The notes: generated from the letters alone by a model not told the origin. Counted from the first letter of the stretch, positions 37,911-46,895 are shown. The stretch: 64,000 nt of DNA from Pseudomonadota bacterium (GCA_035340095.1 DAORGN010000001.1:2218-66217), one strand, 5' to 3'. A program made the numbers and translations.

Positions 37911-38429
37911 ATGAAGCCCACGCTTTCCTCTGCCAAGCCCGCGGAAACCTCGTCTCGCCGTCCAGTTTCGGGCCGTCCAGTTTCGGGCCGTCCTGCTTCG
38001 GGTCGTCCAGTTTCGGGTCGTCCGCTCACTGTCCGGGAAACCCGCGCGCATGTTCCTTCGGGTCCGACTCGGGTGGAAAAGCGTCGCAGCATGCGCTTTG
38101 ACAAAGCGTTCCCGGTGGCGCTGCGCAGCGATGCGTTTGGTGAAATTTCGGCGATTGCGCGCAATGTTTCGACCGGCGGCATGATGGTCGAAGTACGCGA
38201 ACCACTGCCGCTTGGGACACAGGTGCTGGTCTACTTTTCGCTGCCGGATTCCCATGTGCGCGTGACGGCTCGTGGCGAAGTGAAGAACCACTACTTCCTG
38301 AACTTCGCGGATGGCAAAGGGGGAGTGCGGGCGCTGTCCGGAATGGGTCTGCGCTTTTCTTCGTTTGAGAGTGATTCCGACCTGACGTTGGGAATGGGAA
38401 TCAACCGGCTGCGCACCGTCCTGCACTAA
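37911..38429 (+). CDS. PilZ-domain protein with N-terminal (RPVSG)4 repeat
   Basis: c-di-GMP binding motifs RxxxR (RRSMR) and [D/N]xSxxG (NVSTGG) are separated by 22 aa. A beta-barrel-like remainder follows. Confidence 0.8.
   Translation: MKPTLSSAKPAETSSRRPVSGRPVSGRPASGRPVSGRPLTVRETRAHVPSGPTRVEKRRSMRFDKAFPVALRSDAFGEISAIARNVSTGGMMVEVREPLPLGTQVLVYFSLPDSHVRVTARGEVKNHYFLNFADGKGGVRALSGMGLRFSSFESDSDLTLGMGINRLRTVLH
37959..38018 (+). repeat. Tandem 15-bp repeat x4 inside the PilZ gene (encodes RPVSG/RPASG)
   Basis: The protein reads R-RPVSG-RPVSG-RPASG-RPVSG-RP. The DNA unit cgtccagtttcgggc repeats with 1-2 substitutions. Confidence 0.85.
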
Positions 38430-38436
38430 GCAGCAA

Positions 38437-40926
38437 TCAGGTTGCGTTGCGGTAGAAAAACCGCTTGAGAAGCTCGGTTGCCAGCACGTACATCACAGTG
38501 ATTCCCACGAGCACAGCGAGCAGAGGAAGTGGCAGCGGCGCAAAGCCAAAAAGCTGCGCGTAGGGTAGATAGGGAATCAGCAGATCGATTCCCGTAATCA
38601 GCGCTGTCAGTCCCAGAAGGGAACGTGCCGGGCGACTGCGGAAACAGGGTCGACGGGTCCGCACCACCAGCGCAACCACAAGCTCGGTAAGCAGACTTTC
38701 GACAAACCAGCCGGTTCGGAAGACAGTCTCTCCGGCTTGAAAGATCCTGAGCAGGACAAAAAACGTCAGGAAGTCGAACAGCGAACTGAGCAGACCAAAC
38801 TGCACCATGAAGCGGCGGATAAACTTCATATCCCAGCGACGTGGTTTTTGAATCAGTTCGGGGTCGACCGCATCCCCCGCGAGCGCCATCGAAGGCACAT
38901 CAGACAGCAGGTTGTTGAGTAGAATCTGACTTGCCAATAGCGGCAGAAACGGCAAAAAGATCGACGTTGCCGCCATGCTCAGCATGTTGCCAAGGTTGGC
39001 GCTGGTGGTGGTCAGAATGTACTTGAGGGTGTTGGCAAACGTGGTCCGTCCTTCGAGGATTCCGCGACGCAGCACATCCAGGTTTGATTCAAGCAGAACA
39101 AAGTCTGCTGCTTCTTTGGCGACATCGACAGCGGAATCGACGGAAATGCTGACATCGGCGGCATGCAGCGCAGGGGCATCGTTGATTCCGTCTCCCATGT
39201 AACCAACGACGTGACCGCGTTTTTTTAGTGCCAGGATGATCCGTTCCTTTTGGTTGGGATCGACTTCGGCAAATACTTCTGTGGTCTGCACTTTGGCCCA
39301 CAGCGCCTCGTCGCTCAGATCATCGAGCTGGGCTCCGGTCAGGACTTCTTCTGCTTTCAGTCCGACTTCCCGTGCCAGATGGACGTTGACGGCGCGGCTG
39401 TCTCCCGAAATCACTTTCAGAGATACGCCAAGCTCCTTGAGCGCAGAGAGTGTCTGCCCGATTCCCTCCTTCGGTGGATCAAAAAAAGTCAAAAATCCAC
39501 AAAACGACAGATCGACCTCGTCTTCGCGATGCCAGGTTCCTTTTGGGGCAGTGAGCTTTTTGGCCACACCGAGCACGCGATGGCCTGTTTGTCCCCACGC
39601 TTCGGCTCTTTCCAGATGTGCTGTGCGTTCGGATTCTGAAAGGGAGCAGGCGTCCAGAATCGGAACGATGGCCCCCTTGGTGATCATCCGCAGCTGGTCT
39701 TTTTCACGTACCACCACCGACAGCCTTTTGCGCTGAAAGTCGTAGGGAATCTCATCGACCTTTTCGATACCGGTTGGATCAAGCTGCGCTGCGTTGTCGA
39801 TGGCTTCGTCAAGAGGATTGGTCAGTCCGGTTTCAAAGTGGGCGTTGATGGCGGCTTCCGTAAGGACTGATGTCGATCGGTTCCCTTCCGGATCATAGCT
39901 GCCCGAAAGACGAACTTCACCAACGGTGAGCGTGCCAGTCTTATCGGTACACAGGACATCCATCGCACCGAAGTTTTCAATCGCATTGAGGTGACGAACC
40001 AGGACTCCTTTTTGGCTCATCGCTTGCGCACTTTGTGACAGGTTCACGCTCAGAATCGCAGGCAACATCTCGGGGGCCAGACCCACTGCCAGCGCAATCG
40101 AAAACAGCAGCGATTCAAACAGCGGGCGATGAAGTGCGACATGCACCACGACCACGCCAAGCACCATGATCAGCATCGTCACAATCAGCAAATTGCCGAA
40201 GTGACGCAGCCCTCGATCGAACTCTGTTTCAGGGGGACGCAAGTTCAGTTTGTCTGCGATCGAGCCAAAAAACGTCTTCCGGCCTGTGGCCAAGACGACA
40301 AATGTTGCGCTGCCGCTGCGAACGGTGGTCCCCTGAAACACCGCATCTTTGCGCTGAAGCGGAGGGCAGAGTTGGGGCTCTGTTTCGATGTGCTTTTCGA
40401 CGGGGAGAGACTCTCCAGTGAGCAGCGCTTGACTGACAAAAAAATCATTGGCCAAAAGAAGCAGGCCGTCGGCAGGAATCAGACTTCCCGCGGCGAGCAA
40501 CACCACATCCCCTGGCACCACCTGCGAGCTGGGAATCTGGACACTTTGGCCATCGCGCAAGACCCGCGCTTTGGCGACCACCAGCGACTTGAGCTTTTCG
40601 ATGGCTCGGCCTGCATCGAATTCCCGCCAGGTTCCAATCGCACTGCTTGCCGCGACGATCAGCAGCGCGAGACAAGCATCGACCCACTCACCTGCGAGCA
40701 GAGACACGCCTGACGCGAACACGAGCAAAAGCACGAGCGGACTTTTGATCTGCTCAAACAGGAGCCGAAACACCGACAGCTTCTTCGCTGTTTGGAGTGT
40801 GTTTTCTCCCCACTGCGCAAGCCGCGCTTTGGCTTCGCTTTCGCGTAGACCTTGCTCTGACGATGCAAGCTCAGACAGTAGCTTGGCAGCGGGCAGCTTC
40901 CAGCGTTCATCTACAGACCGCAGCAT
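38437..40926 (-). CDS. mgtA: Magnesium-importing P-type ATPase (MgtA/MgtB type)
   Basis: The motifs …CTDKTGTLT…, …MITKGA…, …GDGINDAPALHAADV… are present. The C-terminal membrane region …NLGNMLSMAATSIFLPFLPLLASQILLNNLLSDV…DPELIQKPRRWD… is characteristic of MgtA. The start is either 40926 (MLRSVDERW) or the ORF start at 40968. Confidence 0.88.
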   Translation of the reverse strand: MLRSVDERWKLPAAKLLSELASSEQGLRESEAKARLAQWGENTLQTAKKLSVFRLLFEQIKSPLVLLLVFASGVSLLAGEWVDACLALLIVAASSAIGTWREFDAGRAIEKLKSLVVAKARVLRDGQSVQIPSSQVVPGDVVLLAAGSLIPADGLLLLANDFFVSQALLTGESLPVEKHIETEPQLCPPLQRKDAVFQGTTVRSGSATFVVLATGRKTFFGSIADKLNLRPPETEFDRGLRHFGNLLIVTMLIMVLGVVVVHVALHRPLFESLLFSIALAVGLAPEMLPAILSVNLSQSAQAMSQKGVLVRHLNAIENFGAMDVLCTDKTGTLTVGEVRLSGSYDPEGNRSTSVLTEAAINAHFETGLTNPLDEAIDNAAQLDPTGIEKVDEIPYDFQRKRLSVVVREKDQLRMITKGAIVPILDACSLSESERTAHLERAEAWGQTGHRVLGVAKKLTAPKGTWHREDEVDLSFCGFLTFFDPPKEGIGQTLSALKELGVSLKVISGDSRAVNVHLAREVGLKAEEVLTGAQLDDLSDEALWAKVQTTEVFAEVDPNQKERIILALKKRGHVVGYMGDGINDAPALHAADVSISVDSAVDVAKEAADFVLLESNLDVLRRGILEGRTTFANTLKYILTTTSANLGNMLSMAATSIFLPFLPLLASQILLNNLLSDVPSMALAGDAVDPELIQKPRRWDMKFIRRFMVQFGLLSSLFDFLTFFVLLRIFQAGETVFRTGWFVESLLTELVVALVVRTRRPCFRSRPARSLLGLTALITGIDLLIPYLPYAQLFGFAPLPLPLLAVLVGITVMYVLATELLKRFFYRNAT

Positions 40927-41179
40927 GTCTGCATTGTGTACCTTGTCGCACGATCTGCCAGAGAACAAAACGACGGCGAAGATGCCAAAAAGCCAGACAC
41001 TTCGCAGGGATTGGCGCTTCCCTTCTTCTAGCGGATCGCGATATGCTAAGTCGTACTATGCCCATCCGTGTCATCCGCTTCCCAAAGGGGGACAGTGATA
41101 CAGAGACCAGGGTCGGTTGCGCAGCCTGCGCGCAGACACTGATCTGGCGGATCTACGGATTGGGGCAGTGAGGAAAAGC

Positions 41180-42664
41180 ATGTCGGAAGCGAGCAATCCA
41201 GAGCGGGGACCTGTGGCGGCGCAGACACTGGATGGGGGATGGTTCCGCAAAGAGCGAGAGCGAATTGCGGTCGGGCGGAAAGGAATTGCGCTACGCCTGG
41301 GCTCCACCGAAAGCAAAGTGACGACGCTAGAGACGCGCAAACACGACGTTCCTACCGAGTGGTTCGGCGTGCTAAGGGAGCTGGGTTTTCGCTTTCCTGC
41401 CGATGTCGCCCAAGCTGAAACGCCCGTCGCTTCGGTCGTGACAGATGTCGTCCAAGCGGCTGCGATTCCGTCACCACCCAGCGACGTTCCGGTTGTGATC
41501 GCGGCAGAGTTTGCGGTGTCTGCAAGTGATCCGCCTTCTGCTTCAGCCGACGCTGTGATCGAAGCGGTCGTGATAGAAGCCGTGCCGACAAGAGCGGACA
41601 TTCCGACCACCGCTGAGACAGCCACGCCGGTCTCTCCGGTGATTCCTGCTATCCCGCAAGCAGAGATGGAAGCGCGAAGAGAAGAGAAGACGCCCAATGT
41701 GGAGCCGGTTGCGGAAGCGTCGGTGCCACAGGATGCGCAGACGCTTGTTCCAAGCAATCACAGCGAACCGCTTGCATCGGCATCACTGACGCCATTTTGT
41801 GGTCACTGGATGCGCGAGCGTCGTCGGGAACGCGGCATTCGGACCCAAGACCTGGTGACGCAGCTTCGGACGCTGCCAGCTGACCTTTACACGATTGAAC
41901 GTCACAACATTCGGCTGCCTTTGCGCTGGATTCCGGGGCTTCTAAAACTCGGGCTTTTGACGGTCGATGAAGCGAAAGTCGCGACGCGCGGACCAGGCAG
42001 CAAGCTGTCGCCGATGAATGGGCTGTGGCTGCGTCAGCAGCGTGGACAGTTTAAACTGTCTCCGCAAGCGGTCGGGGCCAAGCTGGGGGTCAGCGCGCTC
42101 GACATTCGCCTGATTGAAGCGCGACAGTGGTCGCTGCCAAGTGAGTGGTTTCCTGCGCTCAAGTCGCTGTTTACTGCGCCGGCCTCTGCAACATCGAAAA
42201 AGGTCGCCAGCAAACCGAGCGGTTCGGCGGCCATTGCAGCAGTGAAAAAAGACAGCGCAGCAAAAGCGGAATCCAAAACCAAGTCGACTCCGGCTGCCGT
42301 GGCAACGGGCAAGACGACAAAAGCTGCACCGGCTGGAACATCGGCCAAAAAAGTCGAGGCCAAAGCTGCGACGAAAACGGAAGCAAGCAAGAGCCCGGCC
42401 AAAGCCCCTGCAAAGACAGAAAAACCGTCTGTCAGCACTGCGACCGCAAAAGTGGCTGCACCTGCGGCGAAACCTGTTCCGAGCGGCGAGCCAGGACTTG
42501 CGGAAACGATCGTAAGTTACCGCTTGATGCTGGGTCAGCACGCGGGTCTTTCCGCAGTCGACGTGCTGGCGCAGATTGCAGCGGATCTTCAGCTTGCCAA
42601 AGGCAAAGATGCACTGACGTTTGAAAAGCTGCGTGCAGCGATGAAAGTGCTGACCAGCCGGTAA
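41180..42664 (+). CDS. Protein with three tandem XRE-like HTH modules, an Ala/Lys/Pro/Thr-rich histone-H1-like segment and a small C-terminal domain
   Basis: Internal ATG (MSEASNPERG) preceded by gaggaaaag. There are three copies of the pattern G-W-[FML]-R-x2-R…L…[IV]xx[LI]E…[VL]Px(2)W[FI]xxLxxL, followed by …KKVASKPSGSAAIAAVKKDSAAKAESKTKSTPAAVATGKTTKAAPAGTSAKKVEAKAATKTEASKSPAKAPAKTEKP…. Confidence 0.7.
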   Translation: MSEASNPERGPVAAQTLDGGWFRKERERIAVGRKGIALRLGSTESKVTTLETRKHDVPTEWFGVLRELGFRFPADVAQAETPVASVVTDVVQAAAIPSPPSDVPVVIAAEFAVSASDPPSASADAVIEAVVIEAVPTRADIPTTAETATPVSPVIPAIPQAEMEARREEKTPNVEPVAEASVPQDAQTLVPSNHSEPLASASLTPFCGHWMRERRRERGIRTQDLVTQLRTLPADLYTIERHNIRLPLRWIPGLLKLGLLTVDEAKVATRGPGSKLSPMNGLWLRQQRGQFKLSPQAVGAKLGVSALDIRLIEARQWSLPSEWFPALKSLFTAPASATSKKVASKPSGSAAIAAVKKDSAAKAESKTKSTPAAVATGKTTKAAPAGTSAKKVEAKAATKTEASKSPAKAPAKTEKPSVSTATAKVAAPAAKPVPSGEPGLAETIVSYRLMLGQHAGLSAVDVLAQIAADLQLAKGKDALTFEKLRAAMKVLTSR

Positions 42665-42677
42665 ACGGGCAAGCTCT

Positions 42678-42700
42678 GTGGGTCTACCAAACAGACCCAC
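42678..42700 (+). terminator. Stem-loop 14 nt after the stop codon (gtgggtct-accaaac-agacccac)
   Basis: Perfect 8-bp stem with a 7-nt loop. No U-tract follows, so intrinsic-terminator function is uncertain. Confidence 0.35.
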
Positions 42701-42739
42701 GCAAGACAGACACCGCGTTCCCAAACGATCCCAACATCA

Positions 42740-42766
42740 ATATGAGGAATTTTAGATTCCTCATAT
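42740..42766. repeat. AT-rich perfect palindrome atatgaggaat-tttag-attcctcatat between convergent genes
   Basis: 11-bp perfect inverted arms with a 5-nt spacer. It is strikingly AT-rich for this genome, and lies 31 nt from the methyltransferase stop. Confidence 0.6.
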
Positions 42767-42797
42767 TCCTCCTATTCATGCGCGGCGGTTTGAGTTG

Positions 42798-43520
42798 TTA
42801 GGTCTCTTTTCGTCCGACGACCAGCAGAAAGCCGCCCAAGCGCCGCACACCTGGCAGTACCGATGCTTGCCGTTCGACCATCCGCAGCGCCGGACCGAGC
42901 AGCGGCCAGCGATGCGCCTGCGAAAACGGTGTCACCACCCGAATCCCATGCACGGTCTCGATCTGGATTTCGTTTGGCAGATACGACCGAATTTGCGGCA
43001 AGGAGTCGTAGCGGGTGTAGACCGCTTCATCATTTATGTCCGCAGCGATCGCCGTCGGACGCTTGAGCCGCTTAATCAGATACCGCAGCGACAGGGTGTT
43101 GTAAAACTCGGCGAGCAGATAGCCGCCTGGCCGGAGCACTCGTGTCATCTCGCGCATCGTCTGCTCGATCGGCTCGACGTGCGCCAACACTTTGAACGAA
43201 CAGACAACATCAAAAGAGGCATCGGCAAACGGCAGCTCGCTTACCGAACCTTGGACGACTTGTAGGCTGCGCGCCGACGCTTTGCGCAGCATGCCTGAAG
43301 ACAGGTCGACACCCACGGCGACTTTTGCGTGCTGGGTCAGACGGTTTAGGATAAGTCCCGTCCCACAGCCCGCCTCTAACAGCCGGGTGTCTTTGTTCAT
43401 GTAGCGGCCAACCAGCTCACAGGTCAGCTCGTCGATGAAGGCATGATAGCCATCGTGTCGGTGGCGCTCGTAAGTCGCCGAAAACTCATCGTAATAGTGC
43501 TTGTTGCGGAGCTTGGTCAC
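42798..43520 (-). CDS. Class I SAM-dependent methyltransferase
   Basis: Motif I …LLEAGCGTGLILNRL…, then …VGVDLS…, …FDVVCSFKVLAHV… and …LRPGGYLLAEF…. The listed ORF extends to 43898, but its upstream 126 codons overlap the divergent gene and look non-coding. The proposed GTG start (VTKLRNKHYYDEF) is uncertain. Confidence 0.75.
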   Translation of the reverse strand: MTKLRNKHYYDEFSATYERHRHDGYHAFIDELTCELVGRYMNKDTRLLEAGCGTGLILNRLTQHAKVAVGVDLSSGMLRKASARSLQVVQGSVSELPFADASFDVVCSFKVLAHVEPIEQTMREMTRVLRPGGYLLAEFYNTLSLRYLIKRLKRPTAIAADINDEAVYTRYDSLPQIRSYLPNEIQIETVHGIRVVTPFSQAHRWPLLGPALRMVERQASVLPGVRRLGGFLLVVGRKET

Positions 43521-43641
43521 GGCCCTTGTTTGTACTCCGCCGAGCCCGCTGGAATCCACCCCGAAAATCAGTAAGCGGCTGCGCCCTTTCCTTGGCGCCC
43601 GTTCCACGATACACTTTGCTGCCCCCTGGTTGAGCCAGGGG

Positions 43642-45261
43642 ATGGAACTTTCGCCCTTGAGTCTCCCCGTGTCTGACCCGGCTCTCCATCGTCCGTCAAA
43701 GCCTTGGCCGCTTGGCCTTGTGGCTTGCGGCATGTTTGGCGTGCTGACAAACTCGCTGCTCGTGTCGTCGCTGCTTATCGGGCAGCCGGGCGAAGTGGCG
43801 GCCAAAAAAGGCAAGTCAAAGGTCGGGGACAAGCGCAAGCAGCGCGGCGACAAACCGCAAGCGACCCCAGCTGTGACACCCCCTGGCGCGGCGTCCAATG
43901 GTCCACTTGCAGCGGTCCGTCTGGCGTGCGACTTGGGTTCGTCGAATCCTTTGTGTGAAACGGCGTTTCATGCGGCGAGCACGGCGGCTGGGCGACGATA
44001 CACGCTGGTCGATTCGGCCAAGCTGGAAGCACTGTTTGCACGCGAACCGTCGCTGCGAGGCTGCCGCAATGACTCATGTCGGACGGCGATTGCCGAACAG
44101 CTTGGACTGTGGCGACTGATTGACGTGATTGTTCACTCGCCGCGGCAAAAAGACATTGTCGCGTCGGTGTCGATCTTCGATCCAGCGGCGCGTGGCATTG
44201 CTGCCGACGTCGAGCGAGAGTCCAAGCGCGATCCGGCCAAGCTGGACAGCACGATTGGCGAAGCGGTCGAGCAGGTGATGGCGACGCAGCGACTGACGGC
44301 GCAGCTTCGCCTGGATGTTCGTCCGACTGATGCCAAGGTCAAAATCACCGACAGCCGAGGCAGTGCGCGCGAAATATCTGAACCAGAGCGGACCGGCAAA
44401 TCACCGATTCGGCTGTTCCTTGGTGGATATACGGTCCACGTCGAAAAGCCCGGTTTTCTGGCGCAAGATGTGCCCGTCACTGTCGCGCAGACCGGCGCGT
44501 CGCTGCAAATTGAACTTCAGCTTCGCCCGATCGAAGTTCGCTTCGAATGGTCGCCCAAAGACGCCATCGTGCGCGTCGACAACCGGCCTGTCGGGGCTGC
44601 CTATCCGGTGATGGAACTGTCCGAAGGTCCGCATCGCGTCGAGGTTCTGGCGCCACCGGGTCAGCCTTACGAATCGATCGTGCAAGACATCGACGTGCGG
44701 CGGGACATGGAGCCCGTGCGGCTTTTGCTCCAGCGACTGACGGAGCTACGGGTTCAGGCTCCGCTTGGTTATTCGGTCAGCGTCGACAGCCAGATTTTGC
44801 CGCCCGATCGTTTTCGCGCAAAAGGGCTGCAAATTGAAACGTCGCACAAGACGACGCCTGGTCTGCATCTGGTGTCCGCGACGAGCTTTCGTGGTCTGCG
44901 GCTGTCTCGCCAAGTCGAGGTTCGTCCGGGCAGCAGTGCCGATGCGGTGATTCATCCGCCGGCGCTGTGGCCGGGAGCGCTGCTGGCGACGGCTGGACTT
45001 TTGACTGCTGGCGCTGGCATCGGACTGTATTTCTACGACGGACGCTGCCTCGATACGGACTGTTTGTTTGTCACAAACTACGCGCCGGCAAGCTACGCGA
45101 TGATGGCGCTTGGTGGTGCCGCGTTTCTGTCGGGCGTGATCTGGCTTGGCTACAACGCCGCGCACCATCCGCGCTTTTACAACCCACAGAGCCAGCGCGT
45201 CACCATCGTGCCCAGCCTTGCGCCCCGCTACTCCGGGGTACTCACCTCGATTAACTTCTGA
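43642..45261 (+). CDS. PEGA-domain membrane protein
   Basis: Internal ATG (MELSPLSLPV…) with an N-terminal hydrophobic segment and a Lys-rich stretch. Cys pairs are present (…CDLGSSNPLCE…, …GCRNDSCRTAIA…). Two or three PEGA-like beta-sandwich repeats follow (…LRLDVRPTDAKVKITDSRG…GGYTVHVEKPGF…; …SPKDAIVRVDNRPVG…LSEGPHRVEVLAPPG…), then a C-terminal TM helix. Confidence 0.7.
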   Translation: MELSPLSLPVSDPALHRPSKPWPLGLVACGMFGVLTNSLLVSSLLIGQPGEVAAKKGKSKVGDKRKQRGDKPQATPAVTPPGAASNGPLAAVRLACDLGSSNPLCETAFHAASTAAGRRYTLVDSAKLEALFAREPSLRGCRNDSCRTAIAEQLGLWRLIDVIVHSPRQKDIVASVSIFDPAARGIAADVERESKRDPAKLDSTIGEAVEQVMATQRLTAQLRLDVRPTDAKVKITDSRGSAREISEPERTGKSPIRLFLGGYTVHVEKPGFLAQDVPVTVAQTGASLQIELQLRPIEVRFEWSPKDAIVRVDNRPVGAAYPVMELSEGPHRVEVLAPPGQPYESIVQDIDVRRDMEPVRLLLQRLTELRVQAPLGYSVSVDSQILPPDRFRAKGLQIETSHKTTPGLHLVSATSFRGLRLSRQVEVRPGSSADAVIHPPALWPGALLATAGLLTAGAGIGLYFYDGRCLDTDCLFVTNYAPASYAMMALGGAAFLSGVIWLGYNAAHHPRFYNPQSQRVTIVPSLAPRYSGVLTSINF

Positions 45262-45295
45262 TACGGTTCCGCCGCTTCTTACCCTAGGAGTGGCG

Positions 45296-46894
45296 ATGTC
45301 CGTCCGTCTTGCTCGTGCTTTGTCTGCACTCGTGTTCGGTAGTGCGCTCGCTGGGTCTGGCTGTGCCGCCCCTGGTGGGGCGATTTGTGGCGACGATCGA
45401 AGCTGTGGTGCTTCTGAACAGTGTTTGCTCATCGGCGATACCGAAGCGTGTCATCGCACCTGTACCGGGGCAAATGGCTGCGACGACAACTCTCCGGTCT
45501 GTGACGCTGCGCTGAAGGTCTGTCGGTCGTGCTTCGCGGGGGAAGACTCGCTGTGTGCTGCTCGCAGTGCCGCGACGCCACGCTGTCTAAAAGGCCGCTG
45601 CGTCGCTTGTCGCCCACCGGGCGATGTCGCATCGGAAAGCAGCGAGTGCGGGGTTTCGTCATCGGTTCTTTCGCCAAGTCCCGTCTGTGACCCCCGCAGC
45701 TATAGCTGCCGGCCCTGCTTGCGCCACAGCGAGTGTGCGTCGGGCATCTGCGTCAAAGACGGCAGCGATGTCGATTTTGGCATCCCGCGCGGTGCTTGCG
45801 TCCCGACAAAACAAGTGCTTGTCGTCGACCAAGAGCTTTGCAGCGGCACAGGTCCTGCATTTTGTACGCTGCGCCAAGCGATAAACCGCATCGACGCCGA
45901 CCATCGCTACATCTTGCTGAAAAAAGGGGCCGGAGCGACGGACTTTGGCGATTTGCAGATCGGCACCCAAGCGAGCCACAAAGGCCTGACGATCCACATC
46001 GTCGGACCGCTTGCCGACATTCCACCGGAAACCGCGACGAGCGAGCCTCGTGCCGTGCTCGGTGGGGCGCCGCTCAAGGACGGTCTAACGGTCACGCAGT
46101 CGTCGGTCTTTATCGATGGCGTGTACGTGCGGGGAAATCGCGCGGGCCTGGTGTGCATCGGTGCCGACGCGAAGCTTTCGGTCAATCGTTCCTATTTTGC
46201 CGGCAATGACACGGCGATCGTCACGTCGACAAACTGCAAACTGTCGCTTGGCGATAGCTGGCTTGGCCGGGGTCCGCGCGCGAGCGTGTTTGGAGATGCA
46301 CCCGGTAATGTCCGCGGCATCGACGTCGCGGGCGGTGATTTTTCGGTGGTGAACACGGTCTTTTCCGACAACGGCGATTTTCGGCAAGATGGCTTTGGCG
46401 GGATTCGCATTCGTTCGCTGTCGGCAGGGGTGCGGCGCTCGACGGTGGTGAATAGCACGCTGTATCAGCAGAGCGGTCTGCTCAAGCTCGGCAAGTATTT
46501 TACTTCGGTGATGTGCGACGTTCCCGTCGGGGATCGGCTGGTGCTGCTCAACACACTGATGCTTTCCGACAAGCCGCTTTTGACAAGCCCCGAGGAGCAC
46601 TACGTCGATTCGACCTGTGGCGCGATGGTCAGCCACGTTGGATCAAATGATGCGTGGCTCAATGCCGCAAACTCGGTGGTGCTGCCGATGGAAGCGATGC
46701 CGCTGCGCAATGCGGCGGCGCGGGATCTGCGCTTGCCTGCGACGCCGGGTTCGGAAGGTCCGGTGCTGCAACATGGCGGGGTTCCGATGATTGAAGTCGG
46801 TGGTGAACGAATTTTGGCGCCGAGCTTCGATCTAGATGGACGATCGCGACCGACGGGATCGGTCGCAATTGGAGCGTTCGAGCCGGTGCCGTAA
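45296..46894 (+). CDS. Lipoprotein with Cys-rich N-terminal repeats and right-handed parallel beta-helix domain
   Basis: Internal ATG MSVRLARALSALVFGSALAGSGC (lipobox LAGSGC), followed by repeated Cys-rich modules (…CDAALKVCRSC…, …RCLKGRCVACRP…, …CDPRSYSCRPCLRHSECASGICV…). The remainder is beta-helix-like, ending …DLDGRSRPTGSVAIGAFEP. Confidence 0.65.
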   Translation: MSVRLARALSALVFGSALAGSGCAAPGGAICGDDRSCGASEQCLLIGDTEACHRTCTGANGCDDNSPVCDAALKVCRSCFAGEDSLCAARSAATPRCLKGRCVACRPPGDVASESSECGVSSSVLSPSPVCDPRSYSCRPCLRHSECASGICVKDGSDVDFGIPRGACVPTKQVLVVDQELCSGTGPAFCTLRQAINRIDADHRYILLKKGAGATDFGDLQIGTQASHKGLTIHIVGPLADIPPETATSEPRAVLGGAPLKDGLTVTQSSVFIDGVYVRGNRAGLVCIGADAKLSVNRSYFAGNDTAIVTSTNCKLSLGDSWLGRGPRASVFGDAPGNVRGIDVAGGDFSVVNTVFSDNGDFRQDGFGGIRIRSLSAGVRRSTVVNSTLYQQSGLLKLGKYFTSVMCDVPVGDRLVLLNTLMLSDKPLLTSPEEHYVDSTCGAMVSHVGSNDAWLNAANSVVLPMEAMPLRNAAARDLRLPATPGSEGPVLQHGGVPMIEVGGERILAPSFDLDGRSRPTGSVAIGAFEPVP

Positions 46895-46895
46895 C

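Noticed and set aside
37959-38018. CRISPR-like or minisatellite repeat
   Set aside because: The units are 15 bp with no spacers, and they are in frame within a PilZ gene. This is a coding tandem repeat, not a CRISPR array. No CRISPR array is seen anywhere in the window.
40927-41179. M-box (ykoK) Mg2+ riboswitch upstream of mgtA
   Set aside because: The conserved core segments are absent on the minus strand, and only a short cgccaat fragment matches. I kept the region as an unexplained long leader instead.
41071-41757. 228-aa minus-strand ORF, and 41942..42724 (260 aa)
   Set aside because: Both are antisense to the triple-HTH gene. Their composition (Ser/Ala/Thr or Arg/Cys/Phe runs) mirrors the AKP-rich coding strand.
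43521-43898. N-terminal 126 codons of the methyltransferase ORF, overlapping the PEGA gene start region
   Set aside because: The sequence upstream of the methyltransferase fold is Gly/Ser/Pro/Arg-rich with no feature. A 240-aa protein from the internal GTG fits the family size. The exact start remains uncertain.
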